A DNA stretch of 64,000 nt, taken from the IMG/VR virus record IMGVR_UViG_3300025018_000091; one strand, given 5' to 3'. The notes under the pieces were generated by a model. That model ran no database searches. It was not told the origin of the DNA and saw only the letters and a list, made by a program, of their open reading frames with translations. Within the stretch, counting starts at the first letter, position 1; each line of letters begins with the position of its first letter. The stretch is from a virus (taxonomy: Duplodnaviria > Caudoviricetes). The position numbers were made by a program, and so were the translations under genes. Positions 1 to 9,900 of this stretch are shown here, piece after piece.

Positions 1-440
1 CCAGCACCTTCTTTTATTTTCTCTTTAGGAACATTTACACCTGCTCTAGATAGAGTTTCTACTAATGTACCAACTGGAGCATTTTGAGCAGTTAATAATG
101 CGATAGTATCAGTAATTTGTCCAGTAAACGTATTTAATGTTGGTGTTGCTGTCTCAAATACTTTAAAAGATTCTCTTGCGCCCAAAACACTTACACTTAA
201 AGCTGAAAACGCTGCAGATTGTCTAATTCCTAAATCTCCAGTTTCTGAAAGTGCAGCTTTCATCATATGTAATTTGTTTTCCAATTGACCCATTACAGAT
301 GTTACTTCCATACCTGCAGTTCCAAAATTAACTAATGCTTCAGTTGCATTAGAAGCTTGGATATGAACATTCCCTAAAACAGACGCACTATTTTGGATAG
401 CATCAGTATCTAATTTGGTTGGATCTATTGTATCTGCCAT
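1..440 (-). CDS. Probable tape measure protein, N-terminal part (runs off the window end)
   Basis: Not in the ORF track. ATG at 440 opens an uninterrupted frame to position 1 (MADTIDPTKLDTDAIQNSASVLGNVHIQASNATEALVNFG...), Ala/Thr/Leu-rich. It lies directly after sheath-tube-chaperone genes, the canonical tape measure position. Confidence 0.6.
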   Translation of the reverse strand, partial: MADTIDPTKLDTDAIQNSASVLGNVHIQASNATEALVNFGTAGMEVTSVMGQLENKLHMMKAALSETGDLGIRQSAAFSALSVSVLGARESFKVFETATPTLNTFTGQITDTIALLTAQNAPVGTLVETLSRAGVNVPKEKIKEGA

Positions 441-442
441 AA

Positions 443-793
443 TTATCCTTTAATAGCGCGGTGTCTTCTTCTTCGTTTTATTGATTGATCTTGAGAAAGC
501 TTATTATTCATTTCTCTTACCATTCTACTAGATTCTTCAAATTCTTCATCTGTAGATTCATGGACATTACCTTCTCCCATTAATTGCTTAACAGCATCTG
601 GGTGAGAAAAGGATGCTAATAGATATGCGTGATTTTTAGCTAGTTCAGCATCATCATTTTGATCTGCTCGCCAATTTTCGTACATCCAAATTTTTTGAAC
701 CGGATCCATATCTGTAATAAACGGATCATCTGGTAGTTTTTTATATTCTTTACACAAATACCAAATAAAACGATGTTCCGGCTCATATATTAT
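443..793 (-). CDS. Frameshift extension of the tail assembly chaperone (gpGT-like C-terminal part)
   Basis: The -1 frame is open from the A7 run to the stop at 443: IIYEPEHRFIWYLCKEYKKLPDDPF... The ORF track's start at 757 is a TTG with no evident SD sequence. Confidence 0.7.
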   Translation of the reverse strand: MIYEPEHRFIWYLCKEYKKLPDDPFITDMDPVQKIWMYENWRADQNDDAELAKNHAYLLASFSHPDAVKQLMGEGNVHESTDEEFEESSRMVREMNNKLSQDQSIKRRRRHRAIKG

Positions 794-1446
794 TTTTTTA
801 GGTCATCTACAATGACCGCCGCCTCCTCACTATTTTTGATTGTAAACTTCTCACGAGCCTCTTTAGCTAATTTAAGATATTCATCATACAATCTATTTAG
901 TAAGGCGTCATCTAACTCTTCAATAAAGATTAACTTTGCTTCTAACGAATCAGAGCCTATGAACTGAGCGAAGTCGACGCCAGCAACAGTGGTAATAGAT
1001 CTGGCTAAGAATTGTTTTCTAATTTCAAATGGAGATTGAACGGTATTATCATATTCTGCTGCAGCTATAATAGCCTCTCTCATCTCTTTTGCTTTTAACG
1101 ATTGAAAAATAAACTCATTTCCACCAACATCTACAGTATGTGTAGTTCGAGTCATTCCTAAAAGAATTTCAAGTCTACGCCTAGCGCCTTCATTCAGTCT
1201 TTCTTTTCCTGTTCTACGAGCTTCTTTTGCTGACCTAATTTCTCTTTCTATCTCACCAGGATCACGTTGTTGCTCCTGCTGCATTCTCATCTGCATTTTA
1301 TGTATAGATGCTTCATCTACAGCATAACGCTGTTGTTGTGATTGATAAGGCTCACTCTCATCTGGAACATCAAACTCTTTCATTGGTGTTCCTGAAAACT
1401 TCTTACTACCTATTGGACTATCAAAACTTGGCATATTTAACTCCAT
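790..1446 (-). CDS. Tail assembly chaperone (gpG-like)
   Basis: 218 aa, helical and charged. Located between the tube and the probable tape measure, and ends in a slippery site. Confidence 0.7.
   Translation of the reverse strand: MELNMPSFDSPIGSKKFSGTPMKEFDVPDESEPYQSQQQRYAVDEASIHKMQMRMQQEQQRDPGEIEREIRSAKEARRTGKERLNEGARRRLEILLGMTRTTHTVDVGGNEFIFQSLKAKEMREAIIAAAEYDNTVQSPFEIRKQFLARSITTVAGVDFAQFIGSDSLEAKLIFIEELDDALLNRLYDEYLKLAKEAREKFTIKNSEEAAVIVDDLKK
793..799 (-). other. Programmed -1 ribosomal frameshift slippery heptamer A AAA AAA
   Basis: Minus strand reads GAC CTA AAA AAA TAA. This is an X XXY YYZ heptamer immediately before the chaperone stop, with an open -1 frame. Confidence 0.7.
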
Positions 1447-1504
1447 ATATTAAAACTATTACCTATGTAATTATATATCAACAAACATTATATATAGTAA
1501 ATAG

Positions 1505-1538
1505 AAAAGCGTCTGAGGTTTTATCTCAGACGCCTTTC
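1505..1538 (-). terminator. Intrinsic terminator after the tail tube gene
   Basis: 9-bp stem GCGTCTGAG/CTCAGACGC with a 7-nt loop, followed by TTTTCT on the minus strand. Confidence 0.8.
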
Positions 1539-1561
1539 ATTATTAGGGAGTTACTTAAAAA

Positions 1562-2266
1562 TTAGAATAATTGACCAGAATCACCTATATCAATTAATCC
1601 AGCTGCATCTAGAGAACCTCTACGACCAGCCGCTCCTGTATCAACTAATTGCTCAATATTCTTGACAATACCGTTATCACCAGAGCTAATTTCTAAGATA
1701 CCATTTGGATTTCCATTTCCACCCATGTGTACTACGCCAAGCTCTCCACCAACCGCTACTGGGCTTGAAGAAGAACCATTTAATACGCTGAAAATTGCTT
1801 CAGCTTCCCATGTCATAGAATCAGAAATAACCCAATCACTGACTTGGTATGTATAATCAATACCAGAAATCCATACATTCTTAATAACTGTAGAAATTTG
1901 ATTTCCTGTATTTTTCTTTTGCTTATCGAATATCATGATATCAAAAGGATATACTTGAGAAGCAACATGGATAAATCCTCTACTAAAAGCCTCTGCAATA
2001 CGAAGTCTATCAAAACGGATTCTCTGACAAGTTCCAGTTATATTAGTAGATTGATTTGGTACAGAGTCAATATGACCATCATTGCCAACTTCATCAATCA
2101 TTTTAATGGATCTCTTTTCAGAGATTGCCAAAGATTGAACTGCTCCAACAGCCTGATTGTGAACCATTATAATGATATTGGTCGAAATTGCGGTGCTTGT
2201 TTTATTTATATTGGCATACGATGGTGTGCCGAATAATGTAGAACCTGTGTTAGGTGCATTAGCCAT
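1562..2266 (-). CDS. Tail tube protein
   Basis: 234 aa directly downstream of the sheath. Beta-rich tube-like pattern (VGAVQSLAISEKR...IDEVG...ITGTCQRIRFD...TVIKNVWI...WEAE). Confidence 0.75.
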   Translation of the reverse strand: MANAPNTGSTLFGTPSYANINKTSTAISTNIIIMVHNQAVGAVQSLAISEKRSIKMIDEVGNDGHIDSVPNQSTNITGTCQRIRFDRLRIAEAFSRGFIHVASQVYPFDIMIFDKQKKNTGNQISTVIKNVWISGIDYTYQVSDWVISDSMTWEAEAIFSVLNGSSSSPVAVGGELGVVHMGGNGNPNGILEISSGDNGIVKNIEQLVDTGAAGRRGSLDAAGLIDIGDSGQLF

Positions 2267-2280
2267 TTATATCTCCCTAA

Positions 2281-5085
2281 TTATAGCTGTCCAAGACTAA
2301 CTTTGATGTAAATGAAGTTAACTGGATATGTTGGCTGTACTCTTACGGTTATATTCCATTGTGTTGGATTTGTTTCATCTTTCTTAACTGAGAAGTCTTT
2401 ATATGCTGTGATTAATCCTTGTGATACCAAAGCATTCAATAAGATGACTCCGCGAGTATTTAATACTGCTTGTGTTTCTTGGCTTTCTGGCAACCCAATG
2501 AATGGCGCAAATCCGGCTCGCAAAACCTTAGCAACTCTATCTCTAATAAATACTATTGAGATTTCTTGTTCTTCAGAATATCCACTCTGTGATGTTGTAA
2601 GACCCCAAACAACTCTTCCTCCACCAGAAACTGGTTGCAATGTAGTTACACCTGCTTGTGCTAAAGACTCTAGAACTGATTGTGAGAATTGCTTATTTCT
2701 AAGAATTGTAAATCCACCTAATGTCTTATTTGTTAATGGATTTTCAAGTCTTACATCAGCTGACTCATAACCTGCGGCTGCGGCTGCAATGTAGAACCCA
2801 TCAATTAATACATTTTCAGTTCCTGCTTGAACAACAATTTGATCTGGGTAGAAGTATACACATCTAAATGTATTTCCAAATGCATCTGCTACAGAGTAAT
2901 TAGCTAAGTCTTCAATATTTCCAGCTAATACTTCTGTAATATTATCTCCTTGAATTCCTTCAAGAACTCCGATATCTTCTACTGCAGCATCTTCAACACC
3001 AGTTAGATTATCCGGAGTTAATCCTGAGATAGCTCCACAAAACATGACTCTTTCCTTCTTATTTCTGATATTACTCATAGCCTTGCAGTGAGCTAATGTA
3101 TTCTGAAAAATTACGGAAATTGTTTGTTTTGGAAGAGGAACTACGATATCACATTCTACTGCCTCTAATGATTCTAGAGCATTAATCCATCCAGCATCAT
3201 AGAATGAAGCGTCTTTATCGTTAATTACCGTTACTCTTAATCTATATCCGTTAGGAACAACGTTATGATTCAATACTATGTATGAACTTTGATCTGCTAA
3301 ATCAAGAACTTCATAACGCATATCGTCTTCATTAACAACAGCCTTCTTAATTGTTACTTGATTTGCTCCCACTGCTATAATATCATACAATCCATTTTGA
3401 TTCTCAGCAGAACCATTAATCTGTAACTTATATAGAGCTGTAACACTTGGTACTGTACTAAAATCTACAGTTACACTATCTACTGTAGCTGTTGCAGTTC
3501 CAGTAATAATTACTAATTCACCATCTGTTCCAGAATAACCATCTAATGCTAATCCACTTGAATTACTAATTAATTCGAAAGTGACAGGATCTTCGTTAGT
3601 AAAATCTGAGAAATAAGGAGATGCTAATGTATGGAAACCTTGAGGGTCATCACTAGTCTTTACAGATAGTTTGCCATCAGATACTCCAGTTATCTCATAG
3701 TAACCAATATTTGCAGAATTTGTTGCATCAATAAGGCTTAAAGTCATTCCTACATAACTAGAATCAAATTCAACTGAAGAACTGAATGTGCCTCTGTTAT
3801 TAACTGCAGTATCGCGACCGATATATCCATCAAGTCCAGTAGCTAATGATTCATATCCAAGCTTAACTGTATAATAGTATGAATATCCACTAGGAGCGGG
3901 GACATCATCAAAGATAAATTGATTAGTAGTTGGTTCACCAACAGTATCTAACAAATAATAATCTAATTTATTTGGAAGAATCTGAGTTTCAACATTTGTT
4001 GTATTATTAGTTACAAAGAAGTGAATGTTAGAATTAAAATCTAAGGTTACACCAGCTGGTAATGGGAAGATAAAATTATCTGGATTTGTTGAGGTTGCCG
4101 TAACAGAGTCCTCTAATATATAAGAGGTTCTTCTTGGCATAGATGGAGCAGTTTGAACTGTCATAATAGCTGGGGCAGCATTAGCAAAAGCTAATTGACA
4201 ACCTAAGCTTAAATTATTATCAACACTTGGGAATCCATGACGAGTAGCCACATCACCAAGACCCTGTAATAAAACTGGGTCATTAAGATTTTCTGTTGGG
4301 ATATAAGTTGCAGTTAAAGAATCGCTACGAACTAAAACTCCACTTTCTACCATGACAGTAAAAGCGTCGCCTTCTCTAAATGGAGTTACAGAAACTCCAC
4401 CAACTTTACGTTCATAAATTCCAAAACTCAAGATACCATTCGAAACTACATTTCCATTTGCAGTCCAGATTATTGGATTACCATTTGCATCTAATTGAGC
4501 ACCAGATACAGAACCAAATGCAATAAACTTAGCTGTATTTTGAATAGGAGCATTTAAGGCATCACGAACAACAGAAACGCATCTGATAGACCAGGTTTCA
4601 GAGGGAGCATTTGCATCTACTAATGTTAAAGCTGTAAAATAACCATCACCGACATTTGTTGTTAATGGAACATAAAAAGCGCCGCCTTGATCAACTAAAT
4701 GAGCAGTTTGTAATTCAATTTGACCAGAAGCAATATCAATTCTATAATCATATTTATTACTAAATGATCCTGAACTAATTAGTTCTTCTGTTCCGACCAA
4801 CGGAATGCCATTTTTAAATAATTGGGTTCTATTTGAAATGACAGGATATGTTCCAAGCTGGAAGTGTCTGCCATCTGCACCAGAAACTGATGTGTAGGTT
4901 GGATTAAATCCATCTACACCACCACCCAATGCTTGGGAAACTAGAGTTTCATCAGCAGCACCTTCTCCCATTATTGCTGCTATGCGAGAACCGCCAGGAA
5001 TCGAAACTCCACGAGATTGGGTTACTACATCAGTAAAAACACCTGGTAGAACATTTGTTGCGCCTGGAATGTTAGCGTTAGCCAT
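2281..5085 (-). CDS. Contractile tail sheath protein
   Basis: 934 aa. N-terminal PGVFT motif. C-terminal sheath signature (LAQAGVTTL...VVWGLTT...EISIVFIRDRVAK...LVSQGLITAY...VQPTYPVNFIYIKV). Confidence 0.9.
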   Translation of the reverse strand: MANANIPGATNVLPGVFTDVVTQSRGVSIPGGSRIAAIMGEGAADETLVSQALGGGVDGFNPTYTSVSGADGRHFQLGTYPVISNRTQLFKNGIPLVGTEELISSGSFSNKYDYRIDIASGQIELQTAHLVDQGGAFYVPLTTNVGDGYFTALTLVDANAPSETWSIRCVSVVRDALNAPIQNTAKFIAFGSVSGAQLDANGNPIIWTANGNVVSNGILSFGIYERKVGGVSVTPFREGDAFTVMVESGVLVRSDSLTATYIPTENLNDPVLLQGLGDVATRHGFPSVDNNLSLGCQLAFANAAPAIMTVQTAPSMPRRTSYILEDSVTATSTNPDNFIFPLPAGVTLDFNSNIHFFVTNNTTNVETQILPNKLDYYLLDTVGEPTTNQFIFDDVPAPSGYSYYYTVKLGYESLATGLDGYIGRDTAVNNRGTFSSSVEFDSSYVGMTLSLIDATNSANIGYYEITGVSDGKLSVKTSDDPQGFHTLASPYFSDFTNEDPVTFELISNSSGLALDGYSGTDGELVIITGTATATVDSVTVDFSTVPSVTALYKLQINGSAENQNGLYDIIAVGANQVTIKKAVVNEDDMRYEVLDLADQSSYIVLNHNVVPNGYRLRVTVINDKDASFYDAGWINALESLEAVECDIVVPLPKQTISVIFQNTLAHCKAMSNIRNKKERVMFCGAISGLTPDNLTGVEDAAVEDIGVLEGIQGDNITEVLAGNIEDLANYSVADAFGNTFRCVYFYPDQIVVQAGTENVLIDGFYIAAAAAGYESADVRLENPLTNKTLGGFTILRNKQFSQSVLESLAQAGVTTLQPVSGGGRVVWGLTTSQSGYSEEQEISIVFIRDRVAKVLRAGFAPFIGLPESQETQAVLNTRGVILLNALVSQGLITAYKDFSVKKDETNPTQWNITVRVQPTYPVNFIYIKVSLGQL

Positions 5086-5123
5086 ATTGAATCCTTATCA
5101 CTCAGTTATGTAGCTTGTATCAT

Positions 5124-5171
5124 TAAAATGTATTAATATTCCTATTCCTGATGATATATTAATACATTTTA
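5124..5171. repeat. 16-bp perfect inverted repeat upstream of the sheath gene
   Basis: TAAAATGTATTAATAT (5124-5139), 16-nt loop, ATATTAATACATTTTA (5156-5171). Confidence 0.85.
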
Positions 5172-5213
5172 TTGTCTTCCCGTCTTTTCATCGGCTACTT
5201 AGAACCTGTTAAT

Positions 5214-6038
5214 TTACGAGTTTAGTAGCATATCTAACATATTTACTTCTGTATTGATTGTAATATTTGGTGAAACTGGTGCGATTGGGTTAGACAAATC
5301 TTCAAAAGTAGCAGTAAAAAAGATTGCGTCAATAATATTACCGACAGGTATTTCTCTTCTCCACTCCGTCCTTATATCTAATGTGATACTTTGCCTAAAC
5401 AACTTATCATTTCTATCATCTGTTTCAGATGGAGCACCAATAATTGGTGGTTTTACTATAATACCTACATCATATAATGAATCAACAGATATTTCAGCAA
5501 AACACATTCCTATTAATTGTGCTAAATCATCTCTTGCTCTTAAACTTCTTGACATAATATCTATTATAATTTGACCTTCCCAGGCTCCCGCAGTTACAAA
5601 ATATGCAGGAGAATGTACTATTGTTTTATTTCCATATCCATCTTCAAATACAACATCTTCATATTGAATTGCTCCTTTTTCTCTATTTATTGAAATTGGA
5701 ACATATTTAATACCGCCATTTTTTACTAAAATAGCAGGGTAATAAATGCCATCATGTCTATAATTTTCTCCAATAAACAATCTTGTACTTAAAAGATCGC
5801 CTAATAATGCAGAAGATCCATAAGAACCAGCAGGTATATCCGCGCCTGGTGGCAAATTTGTATGATCTGTTGTGTTTGGAAATCCCCATTGATCTCTGGA
5901 GAAATGATAATAACTATCTTTAGAGAAAAAATCCCTTAATGTAGCCAAAATTGTTTCTTTCGGATACACAATCATAGATGCTTGAATGATACTATAAATA
6001 TCATATAAGTCTGATCTAAAAAAATTGTTACTTGCCAT
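5214..6038 (-). CDS. Probable tail completion/terminator protein
   Basis: Immediately upstream of the sheath. Contains YYPAILVK...GAWEGQIIIDIMSRSLRARDDLAQLI, a tail-terminator-like pattern. Likely start is MASNN at 6038 (track gives 6059). Confidence 0.55.
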   Translation of the reverse strand: MASNNFFRSDLYDIYSIIQASMIVYPKETILATLRDFFSKDSYYHFSRDQWGFPNTTDHTNLPPGADIPAGSYGSSALLGDLLSTRLFIGENYRHDGIYYPAILVKNGGIKYVPISINREKGAIQYEDVVFEDGYGNKTIVHSPAYFVTAGAWEGQIIIDIMSRSLRARDDLAQLIGMCFAEISVDSLYDVGIIVKPPIIGAPSETDDRNDKLFRQSITLDIRTEWRREIPVGNIIDAIFFTATFEDLSNPIAPVSPNITINTEVNMLDMLLNS

Positions 6039-6888
6039 AATGTGCCAATCTGACACCATCTAATATATTTTGTTTGGCAGAGAGTGGTCTCAAATTATTC
6101 AATGCCCAACATATCTTAAAATTATCATCTTTCATAGAAGTATATGGTAATTTACTCTGCGGAATTATATGATCAATATTCCATTTCCAAGTAGAATCGT
6201 TATTATCATCCCAACTTTTATTATCATATTTACCCATATTATCCCAATTCATCCACGACTCAAACTGACTCTCTAAATGAGATTTAAGATCATTTATAGA
6301 ATATGGTAGATAATTCATAATAGATGTGTCCTTTTTAGATTTTTGTTTTCTTAATGCAGAATATATTTGTGTTGATATATATTTTCTCATCCTATATACT
6401 GGATCAGATTTCCTTCTATTAATTTGATATTTTCTTCTAGCTAATCTTATTGAATCTTTAGCATAAACCAATCGTTTTTTTTGCAAATCGTTGGCTTCTA
6501 ATCTATCACAATCAAGGCACACTCTTCTAAGATATTTACCTTGAGTTAATCTAAAATTATCTTTATTTAACGGTTTATTTTTGCTACACTTTTTACAAAC
6601 TCTATGTCCCGTTAAGGTTTCTGTCTGTTTTTTAGAAAACAATTTACCAGATTGTTTTTGATCATAACAAATACATGCAATACAATATGTACTAAATACT
6701 GGAAAATATAGATTTTCTTTACTTCTAATCATTTTCAAGTAAAAATTATCAGTATCTTGATGTTTTATCTTCATACATTTAGTGCATAATTTATCTCCAA
6801 TATCTTCTAAAGAAATTTTACCTTCTTTTAATAACTTTTCATATTCTATAGATTTCCGCTTCAATATTTTATAGTTTCTCATATCCAT
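6028..6888 (-). mobile_element. Free-standing HNH endonuclease gene
   Basis: Several CxxC pairs, a basic central region and a C-terminal WNIDHIIP...CWALNNLRPLSAKQN nuclease motif. Confidence 0.85.
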
Positions 6889-6937
6889 AATACTAAAATA
6901 TAGACAGATTTGAAGAAGTTATTAGATCCCATTTATA

Positions 6938-9900
6938 TTACCAACGATATTTAATTTCTATTTCATCAATTTCAAAAATCATATTTTGAGTAGAACTCTG
7001 GAACCAAGCACCTATCGTTAATACTAAGTATCCATTAACACTATTAACATAATCTGTTAATGTTCCGGCTGTATCATCTAATGTCATAACATATGTTTCA
7101 CCAGTATATGGTAGCAAATGACCAAACAATGCTCCTGCTGGATAATCATCTGATTTTGGTGTTCCTGTATTGATCTTATTTTGTACACTTAAAAATATAG
7201 ACATAGTAGATGTATCATTAGCATATGCGTTTCCAGTTGCTGTAGCTTTAGCGTAAACCAATTTTACTTCCGGAGGGATAATGTCAGTTAATTCGAATAT
7301 TAACTGATAAGCTTTTATGTAATTAGGTGCTGCTGCTGTGTAAAAATATACAACTTGCAAAGAAGAATATGTATAATCTACTGGTTTTGTTGCAACGCCA
7401 ACTGTCATTTGATTAATGTATCCATCAACAGTTGATACACCATCTAAAAGTCTTAATTTTCTGGTAATAGTTTGATTGATGTTTCTCTCTACAAGCCATC
7501 TTGCCGACACGTCAGTAGGCGCATATATTAGGTTTGTACTTGTTCCATTCTTATATGGACTATCTAAATAATTTTCAGTAATTATACCTGCAGAATTACT
7601 TCCATTCCAAGAGTTTGACTCATAGTAAGCAAATCCTATGTAATAATAGATATCGCTATCTTCTCTATATAGCTTATTGTGTGTAATAATCATATTAGTA
7701 CCACTATAAGCAATTAATCTTGTAGCAGTTGTACTAGAACTTACGCCCTTAACAGTATTGTTGGTAATAATTGCTGATGCCTTGCAGAAAATACCTCCAC
7801 GACCATATTTGTAGATATTTAATGTTGGTATGTACCAATAACCAGCACCAATTATATTTCCAGAGATCACACAATTAGAATTGTTACCATTTAATGGATT
7901 TCCATAACCGTCTACAGCAGGAGTGTCTGTATAAGTATTTGCATTTACAAATATAGCAAATTGGCTTCCATAAGCTTCACCATCTGTAGTTCCACCACTA
8001 ACTTCTCCATATGGAGTAAGATATGAGTAATAATATGCATTTAGATGGTTACCTATAATAGATAGCTTGCTATTATCTTCAAACGCAATACCAACATGTA
8101 TCCAGCTTAACTTATTATCTTTTATCGTAACAAATCCAGATGGGTAGTTACTCATTTGAGTAGATACGCCAGAAACTCTCTCTGATGTTACAAAATACTT
8201 TCCAAGATGATCTTGTGTTGCTATGTAATAACAAGTATTGTTTTGTATTGTTAGATTTGTTGACTTGCTATTAAAATTGTTTGGATTATATGTTGGAGGT
8301 GTATTGGCAAACTTAGATCCAGACCCAATCCAATATCCAATGGTGCCAACAATATTGTTAGAGATAACACAATTGATAGCCATTAATCCTGGGTATACCA
8401 TTCTATCATTAGCCGTAACAGATGTCATTACAATAGATTGGCTTCTATTAAAAATATTGTTTGAGATCAATACATTAGACGCTATTGGTTGTGGTTGATC
8501 TGCATCTTGTTCAGTCGATGAATTAATAATAGAGATTCCGTTTCTATTATCTTCAGATGAAGTATTTACATTAAGATTATTGAATCTACATCCGGTTACA
8601 CGAACATTATCTAACACAGAATTATATGTTGTTAATTCGAAGTTAACAAATGGGAATCTATTAGAACTTGCCGTTACTGGATTATAATTAAACGTATTGT
8701 CTTCAATAAAAATATCTTGAAGTGTAGTAGTAATTGAAGATTGAATATATCCATATCCACTATTAACTAAATTAGATGATGTATAAATACTTGTATTTAA
8801 TTGTGGATCATATGTTGATGTAACATTACAATTACGAACCGTAGTAGAATTTGATGCATTACTTAACTTTACTAATCTAATAAAATCTCCAGTAAACCAA
8901 GAATCTTTTATAACATTTTTTGTGCTATTTACAAAATTAAACACATCACCAGGATAATAAGTTCGTGTTGGATAGAACATTACATCAACAGAACTGTTTA
9001 TAAATTGGAAGTCTTCACAATTAGTTAATCTAAATACAGACCCACCACTACTTGTCAGTGTTGGGTACATTATATTTAAAGAACAATCTTTAAATACTAT
9101 ATTATTTGCATTTGCTAAATCTATAGCAATATTATTAGTCATGGCTATGCCAGGATCAATTGTAATATTACAATTTTCAAATCTTAACAAATTAGATTCT
9201 GAAGAGAATGTTAGTAAGTTAGAGAAATATAAGTTGATATTCTTAAAAGTTACATTAGATCCAATGTTAACTGTTCCAGTAAATTCTAAGTTTGCATCAT
9301 CTTTTCCATCTATAACTATTAATCCTCTATCATCTGTTCCAATTTTAAGATCTTCTGTAATTATAGTGCCATTTGGTTCTGCTAATGTAATAGCAGCGCC
9401 TTTAATAACTACAGACCCATTATATGAATTATTATAATTCAGCCAATTGAATATTGATGATATACTCTTAAAATTGCTCTGACCTTCTCCAGCATTGTAT
9501 CTTAATGGTAAGTTGGCATCAACATCAGTCACATATTTTCTTACATCACGCATTACTAACGTAGATGTTGCTACGCTCATAGTTACAGACACACTGCTGT
9601 ATACCACATACAATAACGTCAAATCTTTTCTATTATTTACGATATCAGAAAAATATGCAGCATCTAATTTATATGTCTGACCATTTAATGGATTATATGC
9701 TAAGAAAATTCTATCAGCATTTGGTGTACCATTAACATCATCATAATCTAATAATGGTATTGGCTGATACTCGCCCTTATCATTAACACATAGCGCCCAA
9801 TTTATATCATATTTATTCCCACCATAAGATTCTTTAATCTTTGGTATAGCTACAGTTTCTCCATTTTTATAGATGACCTTGCCGCTTACAAGCGCTGCAC

